DNA from: the human T2T-CHM13v2.0 reference genome, Homo sapiens | Strand: one strand, 5' to 3' | Length of the DNA: 64,000 nucleotides | Assembly: GCF_009914755.1 (NCBI RefSeq) | Contig: NC_060928.1 | In this document: one piece after another, positions 29,532 through 44,975 of the stretch | Position numbering within the stretch: the stretch's first letter is position 1 | Layout of the letters: each line of letters starts with the position of its first letter | Program-made: the position numbers and the translations under genes | The notes under the pieces: model-generated | Told to the model about the DNA's origin: nothing | Databases searched by the model: none | What the model saw: the letters and a program-made list of their open reading frames with translations, nothing else

Positions 29532-29652
29532 TGGGCCCAATACAGGTAGTGGTGTTCCCCAGCAAGCAGGAACAGGTAGTGGCAGTGTAAAGCAGCAAAG
29601 ACAGCCAGCCAGGAGGCTTCAACACTGTCCTCAGGGAGCAGCCTCCACGGAG
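29532..29652. repeat. Copy 2 of 121-bp local duplication
   Basis: Offset exactly 620 bp from copy 1. Confidence 0.95.
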
Positions 29653-30109
29653 CAGAGGCTTTTAAATCTAATTTAAATCCACAAGAAAAGAGCTCATCAA
29701 AAGATAATTTAGTAAGTACCCAGTCATAATCTTTATAATCTTGTTCTTCTGACTTATGATATCAATGATGTGTTTTTATATTATTTTTCATTAGTAACAC
29801 AAAATAATTGGAAAATAACTGAAGACAGTTCTTGATATTTCTCCTACCCTGACCCCCCCTAAATTTTCATATGAAAATCTTATGGTCTTTCATTAAGACA
29901 CTAAAACAATTAAGATAATAATGAGGTAGGAATTGCTAAAAAGACTGATTCTATAATGGATTAATAATTACCTTTGAGGAACAAAAGTAATGATATGTCC
30001 TCTGTGTTGAGGGTAATGTCTGAAGACTAAACATCAGTACGTGTCATTAGCCAGTAATCAGTCTTTAAGTGGAAGATAAAATGCATAATCAAACAATGTA
30101 CAAGAATAA

Positions 30110-30400
30110 AATGAACTATACTAGCACTTCACAGAACAAGAAATACAAATAATCAACAAACATATGAAAAAGTGCTCACCCGTTGCCAGAGAAACACAGT
30201 TTAAAACAATGAGACATCATTTCTCTCTTATTAAACTAGGGAAAAAAAGAAAATCAAAAGATTGATAGCATCTAGTGCTGGCCAGGGTATAAGAAATTGT
30301 CACTTTCATATATTATTGGTAGGAGTGTAAATTGGAATAACCTTTTTTCAGGAGAAGAATGAAATTATAGATGCTATAAATTTTAAATGCATGAATCCTA
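30110..30400 (+). mobile_element. L1M 3' fragment (continues ~31220-31680)
   Basis: 'aaacatatgaaaaagtgctcacc..aaaacaatgagacatcatttc..ttggtaggagtgtaaattgg'. Confidence 0.7.
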
Positions 30401-32649
30401 AGGAATAGATAAGAATCTCAGTAACTATCTGAGATATTTTGCTGAATCACAAAAACTCAAATCTCAGTCAATTCAAGGTTCTTCTCTTCTGGAATATTTC
30501 TAAGGCTGATGTCCTGTTAAGATGTTGGTGGGGGATGGTGGGAGAGGCATGATCCTGGAAGTAGACATCGGTCCACGTGGCATTCTCCAAGAAAGCTATC
30601 GGCTCAAGTCAGCCTCAGCTGTAATCCTAGGCAGGTCCCTGATGAGATGCCCCTTGCTTCTGGTGGCATGGTTCCTTGCAACATCCTCTGCTCCCTTCAT
30701 CCCATGCTTGAGGGCCTGGGAATAATTTCACTGCTTCTCTGCCAAGTTGGGACCTTGGAATCTTAGCCGGATTGTCTCTGGGTAGATTTGTGTCTGTATG
30801 ACACACAGCATTTCTTCTCTAGGACCCTACCACCTACCCAGGGCTTCCTCTCTGAGATTACAACCTGGGAAACCATAGGGTATGGCCAGCTACTAGGACC
30901 TTACAAATGCCTCCACTGTCCTCACTTCCCCTCCACCTCTCCTCCTTTTCCACCACACCAGGGAAACTTTTTCTAACCTAAAACAGAAGTTCTGCAGTCT
31001 TTCATGATATGTCTCCCACATACCCTGTCCTTGCCTGGTGTTTTCTTCATTCCTCTGAGGGTTTTAGCTTTTGAAATCCAAAGCCCTAAAGACTTTATAT
31101 TTTTTTCTCTCTGATTTTAGAATTAGAACATTCCTCCTCAGTGACAATACATGCAGAAGACCTTAGCTGCTTAAAATGTGGCAGAGGCAGGAGGAAGAGA
31201 GAAAACACATTGGTAATATTTCCCAAATATCAAACTTATCACCCAGCCATCCACTACTAGAAATCTCTTTGCAGAAATAATCACGTAAATGTGTGAATAG
31301 ATAGGTACAGAGATGATTACTGTAGCATTGTTTGTAATGATGAAAAATTAGAGATAGCTTACAGGTCCACCTAGAAAGGGTATAGTTAAATAAGTCACAA
31401 TAAATCTTAAAAAGAATGTGCATATCTTTCTATACTAACTTGGAATGACCCTATGAATATTGTGAAGTGAAAAGAACAAACTGCAGAATGATCATAAACG
31501 TGATATGATTTCATTTGTTTGAAAAACAGTACCCTATTTCTGTATGTATTTGTTAGAATGAGCACAGAAAAAGACAGCAAATATTAGTGGTAATAATTTC
31601 AGAGAAGTGAAATTAGAATGAGGAATAACTCTTTCTTTTTTACCTTACAACTTTGAAAATATTTGATTTGATTTGATTTAGCAAGCACCTTTAAAACTAC
31701 CTTTAAAGATTTTTTTAAAGGTTAAAAAAAGATACACTGTAGCACATGTTAATTAACCCTAGATAGGACTTTTCTATTTTCAAAGCACATATAATCTTTT
31801 GAAGAATTAGGAGGTAACACACAAAAGGAAGACCTTCCATTTACTGGGTTTACAGTTTAGTCTCAAAAATTAATCACTTAAGACCTGACGATGATTATAA
31901 GAATTATTTTATAAAACTCTAACTGGAAAGTAGATTCCTGCTGTGAAATACAAGAGATCAAAATTTAAACATAATCATAGCAATTTAAACACCTTATCAC
32001 TCCCTGCCAGGCTCTATGACTCAAATAAATGTAGGAGATCTTATTTCTAACAAATGACAAAGTATAAATATGACCCAAGCTAATATATGTGCTAATTGTT
32101 CTTTGCTATAATCTCCAATTCACATCTTCCATTATCTGCAAAATTAACTTCTTTGTCTTGAGTCAAATCTGGGAATAGCATCTGCTGCTATTATACCATT
32201 TCAGTATAAAAGGAATCTAATTATTCTGAAACCCAGACCCAAACTGAACACACTTGGCCTGACCGGAGGTGTTACAATGACATAGCAGAGGATAAAATTA
32301 TGAGCTCAGTGGAAATGCTTGGCACAGCATTATAGTATGACTGCTTAATGAACGATGTTGATATTACAGTTCCTGAACTGAGTCTCATATACTGTACTTA
32401 TAGATAATGTAAAAAGAAGACCACACAAGATAGTATTTTTGCTTCATATATAAAGACAATGACTGACACTATCAAATAAGAAAATAGCAATAGTTTTGAA
32501 CCACCTTCAAATGAACCTTCTCATTCCTGTAAGTACATGTCAATGTAAAAAGTTTAGATCACCTCAACAGAAAGGATTTTTCAAACATTTCTAATGATTG
32601 TTTATTCAACCAACATTTGTTGAATGAATACTATGTACCAGGAACAACT

Positions 32650-32865
32650 AGCATTTATTTAGCACTTACTATGTCTAAGGCACTGTTCTTATTTCATAAA
32701 TTATCTAATTTAATCCTCATACCAACCATAAGAAGTTGGCATATTGTTTTTCAGATTTTACATAGGAGGGAACTGAGGAGATGAGCAACTCACCCAAGCT
32801 CACACACATGGTCATTGAGATTTGAACCCAAGTGGTCTGGCTTCAGAACACTGCTTTTAACTCTA
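32650..32865 (-). mobile_element. MIR within L2-like sequence (pre-insertion context of the L1)
   Basis: 'catttatttagcacttactatgt..ttaatcctcat..gaactgagg..gagatttgaacccaagtggtctggcttcaga'. Confidence 0.8.
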
Positions 32866-32873
32866 CAAATTCA

Positions 32874-36087
<3,214 letters not shown>

Positions 36088-37287
36088 AGCTGAAACTGGA
36101 TCCCTTCCTTACACTTTATACAAAAATTAATTCAAGATGGATTAAAGACTTAAATGTTAGACCTGAAGCCATAAAAACCCTAGAAGAAGAGTTAGGCAAT
36201 ACTGTTCAGTACATACGTATGGGCAAGGACTTCATGTCTAAAACACCAAAAGCAATGGCAGCAAAAGCGAAAATTGACAAATGGGATCTAATTAAACTAA
36301 AGAGCTTCTGCACAGCAAAAGAAACTACCATCAGAGTGCACAGGCGACCTACAGAATGGGAAAAAGTTTTGGCAATCTACCCATCTGAAAAAGGGCTAAT
36401 ATCCAGAATCTACAACGAACTCAAATTTACAAGAAAAAAACAAACAACCCCATCAACAAGTGGGCGAAGAATATGAACAGGCACTTCTCAAAAGAGACAT
36501 TTATGCAGCCAACAGACACATGAAAACATGCTCATCATCACTGGTCATCAGAGAAATGCAAATTAAAACCACGATGAGATACTATCTCACACCAGTTAGA
36601 ATGGTGATCATTAAAAAGTCAGGAAACAACAGGTGCTGAAGAGGATGTGGAGAAATAGGAACACCTTTACACTGTTGGTGGGACTGTAAACTAGTTCAAC
36701 CATTGTGGAAGTCAGTGTGGCGTTTCCTCAGGGATCTAGAACTAGAAATGCCATTTGACCCAGCCATCCCATTACTGGGTATATACCCAAAGGATTATAA
36801 ATCATGCTGCTATAAAGACACATGCACACGTATGTTTACTGCGTCACTATTCACAATAGCAAAGACTTGGAACCAACCCAAATGTCCAAAAATGATAGAC
36901 TGGATTAAGAAAATGTGGCACATATTCACCATGGAATACTATGCAGCCATAAAAAAGGATGAGTTCATGTCCTTTGTAGGGACATGGATGAAGCTGGAAG
37001 CCATCATTCTCAGCAAACTACCACAAGGACAAAAAACCAAACACCGCATGTTCTCACTCATAGGTGGGAATTGAACAATGAGAACACATGGACACAGGAA
37101 AGGGAACATCACACACCGGGGCCTGTTGTGGGGGTGGGAGAGCAGGGAGGGATAGCATTAGGAGATATACCTAATGTTAAATAATGAGTTAATGGGTGCA
37201 GCACACCAACATGGCACATCTATACATATGTAACTAACCTGCACGTTGTGCACATGTACCCTAAAACTTAAAGTATAATAAAAAAAA
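36088..37287 (+). mobile_element. L1PA3/4-like LINE-1, non-inverted 3' segment with 3'UTR and short poly(A)
   Basis: ORF2 C-terminal peptides [14 protein letters not shown].. and ..HRMFSLIGGN; 3'UTR ends ccctaaaacttaaagtataat followed by A8. Confidence 0.97.
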
Positions 37288-37540
37288 GTATAGTTTATGA
37301 AAACTGAAAAAAACAAAAGACTGAGAAGGGAAGAGATTATAAAGGGGAAGCAAATATAATACAAAGCTTAGGAGCACCATGCTTTGCAGATAATCACACA
37401 TCAGAACTAAGCTAGCTATGTGTCCCTGAATAATTACTTTCCTAATCAGTTTCCTAATCAGTAATAAAGAGAAATTATACCAATGCCAGTGTACCGTTTA
37501 TGGATTCTATAAAATGAAGTGTGAAATGTGAAAAAAAAAA
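37288..37540 (+). other. L1 3'-transduced sequence (243 bp) plus second poly(A)
   Basis: Lies between the L1 poly(A) and A10 at 37531-37540, which abuts the right TSD copy agaaagataacacattct (left copy agaaagatagcacattct, 32877-32894). Confidence 0.88.
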
Positions 37541-38687
37541 GAAAGATAACACATTCTAGTGGAAGAAACATAAATTTTAATAATAATAATTGAAATGCAA
37601 TGTAAGGCTATGGGATCATAAATGTAGAAATTAATAGAGAGAAACCACAGGTGTCAGGGTTGAGTTTATAAATATTATGGGAATGTGTACAGGGGAGAGC
37701 TGCATAGTAATTTCTCTGCTGTTTGGAACCCATATTAGATATATATGACTAAATGGAATGCCTTCTTCATCAATCTAAATTACAGATGTATAAACTGAAG
37801 AATTCTAATCTCCCAAACTGGGTGTTTCATAGAGTACTTAATATCTAATTTTAGGAGACTAAGGTACCAACTTAATTTCTTACTTTTGTAAGAATCACTT
37901 TGTAATCCTGAGGGAAAAATATTGCGGCATTTAATTTGATGGAATCAAACTCTACATTGGAACAGCATATTTACCTTTAACCCTAATATATGAGGGCCTG
38001 AAAGATTGACCCATTGACCTTTGAAACTCTGCCCTTCCCTCTTTAGAAATCCTGCCAATACATGGAATTTTCACTTTCCTCTACTCTAAACACACACACT
38101 CATTTTGCATAGATGTTGATGCGTCATTGGCAAAATTCACTTGTTGTGCTATTTCTATTTATTAGCCTTATATCCAACCTTGTCCCAAAATAGTCAGGCA
38201 TAAGATGCCACATATGTCCTCTAGCACTTCAGGAATTAAGAGCATATGCTCAATAAAAATGGAATTCCCATGACTTCAGACTGTTATCCAGGAAAGATGT
38301 CCATTGTAATGTGGCTATGAGTTCTTTCTCAGTGTCAGCTTTTGTTCGAAGCTTGATTAAATATATCAATATAAAACTCAGTTGTACAACTCAGAGCTTT
38401 TAAAGGCTCAGTATATTAACTCATTCAAAAATCTCTAGAGAACAATGACCCTGCAAAAAGTCAAGTCACAGAGACAGGTGAAAGAATAAGCATTTCTATT
38501 GAAGTTAAAAAAAAAACAATGAGTTTTCATTATGGGCCCGGTACTGGGAACACAGAGATGAATGTGGCATAGGCCCTGCCCACATTTATCACAAAACCAA
38601 AGTTTGGAGGAGGTCAATTGGCCTGCTTTATGTTAATCAGTTTTTAGCATATTTTTTTAAGTACCTCCTTAATTCAAAAGCAACTAA

Positions 38688-38800
38688 GGCAATCCATGCT
38701 TGTAATCCCAGGGTCTCAGGAGGCTGAGGCAGGAGGATCGCTTAAGACCCGCCTGAACAACCTAGTGAGACCCTGTCTCTACAGAAAAAAATTTAAAAAT
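38688..38800 (+). mobile_element. FLAM/Alu monomer with internal deletion
   Basis: 'catgcttgtaatcccag..ggaggctgaggcaggaggatcgctt..gtgagaccctgtctctac' plus A-tail. Confidence 0.85.
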
Positions 38801-41303
38801 CAATAAGATAAAAATTTTTTTTTTAAAAAAAAGAAGGAAAATCTTTGTCAAATAAAGACATCAACAGCATCTGACCCAAGACCAAGGGCCAGATTCCTTC
38901 CCGCAGAATCCCCAGGGATCTTTTTCATACTATTAGATGAGATGAAACATATTTAGCCAATATGTGGGTTTCAGCCAACGTTTCATAAAAAGACGAGTCC
39001 ATTAAATGTAACATCAAATTAGTCACTTATAGGTAATAGAATAATCATCCACAAAACAATGACACTTTTAGGGAACAACCATTGGCTAAAAAAAAAAAGA
39101 AGAAGAAGAAGAAAGAAAGAAAATTTAAAGGTCATTTCATTTCGACTGAAAAGCTGAATTGTAAAAATTATAGTTGGCAAAGTGATATCTACTCAATCAA
39201 AATAAAACATAAAATGATCCTTACTAGGCCAAAAGCAGCTGTCCAATCATAATAAACAAAATTCCTCAGCTGATGTCTTTTTCTGGACCCATGTTTTCTT
39301 CGCCTTTTATTTTTTCCTCAAAAAATTAAATGGAAAGACCCAGGGATAGGGGTAAAGAAAGAACGACATTTGGGCCCGGTTCTTATGCATGTGTTGGATT
39401 ATCTGAGACACACAGATAAAACTGGATGTAAGCCTTAAAATACAGCAGAGTGTCAATTTCAAAATAAATAACGATAATGGTATTTTCAAGATCAGGTCTT
39501 TATTCATGCTCTGTGCCAAAGCATTTAAATACCCTGTGCTACTCATAACATAATGTGGGTGGTAAAAGAAAAAAAGCCAGCCCTCCTTCGACATGTTATT
39601 CCTAAAGAGTCTATTCGTGTCAGTGCTGCTAAGATACAATTAATTTATATAACCCCAATATCCCAATGCTTAAATACAAGCACATGAAGCAAAACATTCC
39701 CTTATTTTGAAAAGAGAAGAATGAATATAAACTCTGCTTCATACAATTGCCCACAGCTATTTTAGATAAATAATGCAATAATTTTAATTAACAAATTATT
39801 CTAGTAAACCTTTTTATCAGACACTTAGCTCTTTTTGTAAGTCTGAAGTTTGAGCCCACACATGCTTTTTTCCCATGGGACTTAACAATTGCAGTGCTGG
39901 CAGTTTTGTACAATTTGAGATGATCCAGGCCTGGCCCTCCTTAATTCAGTCTAGATGGTGACGCTTATCATATAGCTAAATGATTAGTTTCAGGTATATT
40001 TGTTAGGCCGCACATGTCATCTGTGTTGCTGTACTCTGCTTTGGAGATAATTTTTTATTGAAAATTTACCTTTGAGCCATTAAAATCTAGTTAGCTGAAA
40101 ACATCAAAAACTTGCACTTTTTATCGAATGTAGTTGATATATAAGGCTCATCTATTTCTTTTGAAGAACTCTAAATAACAATGAATCAAGTTATTTATTT
40201 TCAATAGCTCTTTTCCAAGTGGAAAATAAACTCTGTTAGAATAAAATTTTCAAAACAATTCAACATCTAACTCTTCAGACAAATGGCACATTTGAAGTTC
40301 GGTTTGGAACATTTTTCAAACCAAAGTATATTTTAGTTACACCTGTAAATAACAGGAAAAAACTCTAGTCTTGGCTTAGAACTGGATTGCATTTTAAATT
40401 TTAGAGTTGCCTTAATAATTTGAGTTTATTGATTAAAAACTGAACCTTATCAACAATGTATAAGAGACTCTTTAAGAAAAAAGGTTTTCTCAGAAAACAG
40501 GTATTTGTCATTTGTTTCTGAAAGAAGGCTTATGAATTTAAAAACACACATGACTATGTGTGTGTGTCTATACTTGACAGTGAGAGAGAGAGAACACCCA
40601 CAAGTGTCCAAAACCTATACTTAAATATCACCAATTACAGAGGCATTCCCTACACTTAACATTCATGCTTAACCTTGGTGTACACATTCAGGTGGGGCCA
40701 ACAGAGTATTTGTGGAAAACAAGGCAGTACTGCTGGGAACTGCTTCCCCCTGTGACAGGGTGGTCATGCTACTTAGGTGGACCGCATCCAAGAGAAATCA
40801 GATAGGGACAGTATGTGAGATGGCATCATAAAGAAGTCAGAACTGTAATTTCCTTAAGGCTCCAACCTGTGGGGGTGAGAGAGGAGAAAGATAGCTCTAA
40901 TTCTACAAGTCACTAAGAAGAGTAAAAGGTTTTATTTCTTGTAAATGTTTGTTTTATTCTGAAATCCATCCTTCTTTCTTGTTTCTGATAAAGTGCATCT
41001 TGCCACTGACACCAACTTAAGCAGAAGCACTTAGGTAGCACAGTATATACAAAGGAGAAGTCAGTGTTCACAGCAGTGTGAGAGGTTGCCACATGTCTTG
41101 ATTAGTTGCCATGTGTCTTGATTAAAACAGAAAGAATGGAAAAGCTACTAGTGAAGGCTCCAAGCAGCAGGATTATTTTCTTTCTTATATCCCACCCACT
41201 AACCCGGTATGTGTGTGGAGGTGTGAGAGTGGCGATAGTGCATACACTGAGCTGTCTGGTGGAAGAATGCTAAACACTCCTTCTCCATGAAATCCCAGGG
41301 GAA

Positions 41304-41738
41304 TGCTATGGTTTGGATCTAGTTTTGATATTTGTCCTTTCCAAATCGCACATTGAAATTTGATCTCCAGTGTTGGAGGTGGGGCCTGGTGGGAGGTGTT
41401 TGGGTCATGGGGTGGATCCTTCATCAGTGGCTTGGTGCCCTCCTGGAGGGAATGAGTGAGTTCTTGCTCTGTGAGTTCCCTTGAGAACTGATTGTTGAAA
41501 AGACTCTAACACCTCCCTCCTCTGATTCTCTTCCTTCTCTCTTGCCATGTGATCTCCACACTCTGGTTCCCTTTCCTCTTCTGCCATGAGTAGAAGGAGT
41601 CTGCAGCCTTCATCAGAAGCAGATGCTGATACCATACTTCTTGTACAGCCTGCAGGACCATGAGCCAAGTAAACCTCTTTTCTTCATAAATTACCCAGCC
41701 TCAAGTATCTCTTGTAGCAATGCAAATGGAGTAAGACA
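41304..41738 (+). mobile_element. MST (MSTB-like) MaLR solo LTR
   Basis: tgctatggtttgga..agtaagaca; perfect 5-bp TSD GGGAA. Confidence 0.92.
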
Positions 41739-42042
41739 GGGAATCAATCCTAAAGACCAAGAGTTGGGCAAATGAAACGCCATGGTATGGTAGGCGTACT
41801 CATGGAGAAGGCAGGAGTACTCAGGTTTTAGTTTTTACCAGTTAATAGGTGTATTAATGTACACAAGTGAATTTGTGGCATTTAGCCACTATTTCCTCTT
41901 CCCTACCATAGAGATGATGATGCCTACTTCATGGGGGTCATTGTAGGAACTGAGTGGCATAGTGGCACTTAGTAGGCATTCAGTGGATGTTGCCTCTGCT
42001 CTCCTATTTACTAAACAAAAATTATTAAGAAATCTAAAAATG

Positions 42043-42351
42043 GGGACAGGTGAAGGGACTCGTGCCTATAATCCCAGAACTTTGGGAGGCCAAGGTGGGC
42101 AGATTGCTTGAGCTCAGGAGTTCGAGACCAGCCTGGGCAACATAGCGAAACCCCATCTCTAGAAAAACTACACAACTTAGCCAGGTGTGGTGACACACGC
42201 CTGTAGTCCCAGTCACTCAGGTGGCTGAGGCAGGATTGCTTGAGCCAGGGAGGTTGAGGCTACGGTGAGTTGAGATTGCACCACTGTGCTGCAGCCTCGG
42301 TGACAGAGTCAGATCCTGTCTCAAATTCAAATAAATAAAAGAAATAAATAA
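42043..42351 (+). mobile_element. AluJ
   Basis: gattgcttgagctcagg and gggcaacatagcg diagnostics; 16-bp TSD aagaaatctaaaaatg. Confidence 0.93.
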
Positions 42352-42909
42352 AAGAAATCTAAAAATGATCACCTCCTAGCATAATACAACTTTACTAAAG
42401 AACTTCTCAGGTACTTTTCATAGAAAATGTATCACTTCCATAAACTATTGTTTTAACATCATAAGAATTTAGTTCATTCTCACTTTACAAAGTTTAGTGG
42501 CTTCATGTGGATATGTTTGTTCATCCCCACATTTGTTCTATAAAGACAGGAGCAATGTCCCTGCTGTCCTATTTGCAACCCAGCTCCAAGCTTGGCACAT
42601 AACACAGGCTTTTGTGAAGTATTACAGTGAATAAAATGAATGAAATGAATGTATAACCTACATCCACTCCCAACAAGGGGAAAGGCCAAAAGCAAGGCCT
42701 TCAAAATTCTGTGTACCCCTATTCCCTACTCTTCTTATTTCAAAACAAAAGACTGAGACAAATGTAAGCCAACATGAAGAAAGGAAAGCTCATCTCTGCC
42801 ACATTTCTGGAAAGCGCTGTTCCCGGTGCTCACCTATTGTCTCGCAGGCAGGTACCTGTGTAGCCATGAATCCTCTACTTTTCCACTTTATCTTAAAAAT
42901 AAAGGTATA

Positions 42910-43219
42910 TGCTAGGCATAGTGGCTCATGCCTGTAATCTTAGCACTTCGAGAGGACAAGGGAGACAGATTACTTGAGGTCAGGAGTTCAAGACCTGCCT
43001 GGCCAACATGGTGAAACCCCATCTCTACTAAAAAAAAAAAACAAATGCAAAAATTAGCGGGGCGTGGTGGCACATGGCTGTAGTCCCAGCTCCTCAAGAG
43101 GCTGAGACATGAGAGTTGCCTGAACCCAAGAGGCAGAAGTTGCAGTGAGCTGAGATTGCACCACTGTACACCAGCATGTCTGACAGAGCGAGACTCTGTC
43201 TCCAAAAAAATAAGCAAAT
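42910..43219 (+). mobile_element. Alu (old S/J)
   Basis: Complete Alu; 13-bp TSD aaataaaggtata. Confidence 0.93.
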
Positions 43220-43597
43220 AAATAAAGGTATAGTGGAAAGAGTACCAGAGCTAGAAATTTGAAGATCCAGATATTCGTTCTAGTTTTATCCACCACATGA
43301 ACAGTTGGATAAATCATGTTAACTCTGTGAGTCTTATTTTATCTCATTTGTGAAATAGGAATAATTATTTCCTGCATTAAATGCATACCTTATGAGTTCA
43401 CTGTGAGAGAGGATGGGAAAAGATATACAAAAAAAACCTGAAACACTGCACAGTTCTGTACAAAGGTAGCAAAACTGTCATAATTAACATCTGCTTAGAA
43501 GTGAGGACAATGGGGGCTGCTGCTGCAAAGGCAGACATGAGCATGCCTAGTCTAGGTCATAATCCCAATAGAGTTGTTCTAAGAAGAAAGGTCATTT

Positions 43598-44233
43598 TGA
43601 TACAGGAGGTAGAAAGTCATTATTTAGACAGATAGAGGGCAAAAGAGTCCTCAGCAGAGCTTCTTTTCTAACAAAAAGCAGCCCCCAAATCATCTCTTTT
43701 CTAGCAAAGACCAGCCTGAAAATTTGAGCTGCAAATGTAAATAAGGAAGTTAGAAGCTTGCACGGGGGAATGCTGGCAGCTGAGCCAACAGGAAAGGGCT
43801 ACCTGGGGGCCAGGTGTGACCAACATGGAGGCTCCATCCTCCCTTTTTTTTGTTACCACAAGGGTGTACAATAAGAAAGAAATGGGCACCATGGCACAGC
43901 TCAGGCAGAGACCCCGCCTGCATAATAAAAGATTAGGGTAGGGGATACCACAGATCACACCCTATGCAAATAGCACACCTGGCCTAACCAGTCTTTCATG
44001 CCCTATGTAGATCAGACACCATCTCCTCACCAGCTCATCTATAAAACCCCCTGCATTTCACCATGGATTCGGCAACCCATTTTTCCATGACCCTTCTGTG
44101 CAGCAGAGAGCTATTCCCTTTCGCCTGTTAAGTGTCCACTCTCAACCTCACTCTTTGTGTGTTTGTGTCCTTGTTCTCCGCAGCTGTGAGACAACAAACG
44201 TCGAGTGTTACTCCAGGAAACGAGGTCATTTCA
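43598..44233 (+). mobile_element. ERV1-class solo LTR (LTR27-like; family name tentative)
   Basis: TG..CA termini (tgatacaggag..catttca), TATA-like ctataaaa at ~44039, degenerate 4-bp TSD attt/atgt. Confidence 0.8.
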
Positions 44234-44250
44234 ATGTGAAGACGAAAAGC

Positions 44251-44286
44251 TGTGTGTGTGTGGGTGTGTGTGCACGTGTGCCTGTG

Positions 44287-44321
<35 letters not shown>
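44251..44321. repeat. Interrupted (TG)n microsatellite
   Basis: Directly visible. Confidence 0.95.
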
Positions 44322-44324
<3 letters not shown>

Positions 44325-44779
44325 GGGGGAATGGGAAAGGGAGGCACCATGGTTAATCGGGCACTTACTATGTGCTAGAACCTGCCAATGTGAACATGCT
44401 CTTCAGCAGTGAGCCCCATTTATTTGCTGTCTCTGTTCCCTGCCTGCAATTCCTCTTCAGTAAAACCTCAGGCTCAAATCATCAGAAGAAACCAGTCAGA
44501 ATTAAGAAAAAGTTCTAAGCCAGATTAGCATATTATAGTTGGATATGAAAAAAAATAGTTCTAATTTCCTTGACAATTCTTGATGTTACTTTAAAAACAG
44601 ATGTTTTTTAAGGTATTTTAAAATATCTGCCCCCCGACTATATTGTTTGGATTGTTGTTTTATACTTTCTATGAAGAAAAGGTGTGCTAAGGGAAATTTT
44701 AAGCCCAACACCTATCTCAAGAGACAAGAAATCCTAACCCCTTTGTACAAAACTACCAGTCTCGTTCTATTGATTTATT

Positions 44780-44975
44780 CTTCAATAGCACAACTTAGTG
44801 GCATGTTGAGCCTGCTAACATGGATTCACAAGTGCTAATTTTGTGCTTATCTTGCCAATTCCTCTTTCATCAACACTGGTAGTGTGAGAATTTACACCAT
44901 AGAAACTGGCAAGTTAACAAATCAGGGGGATTTTTCCTCCTAAAAGCCAGTTGTTAAATATTTACCAGCACACCA
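44780..44975. mobile_element. hAT-Blackjack (MER63-like) fragment
   Basis: Terminal 'agccagttgttaaatatttaccagcacacca'; family recalled, left boundary uncertain. Confidence 0.5.
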
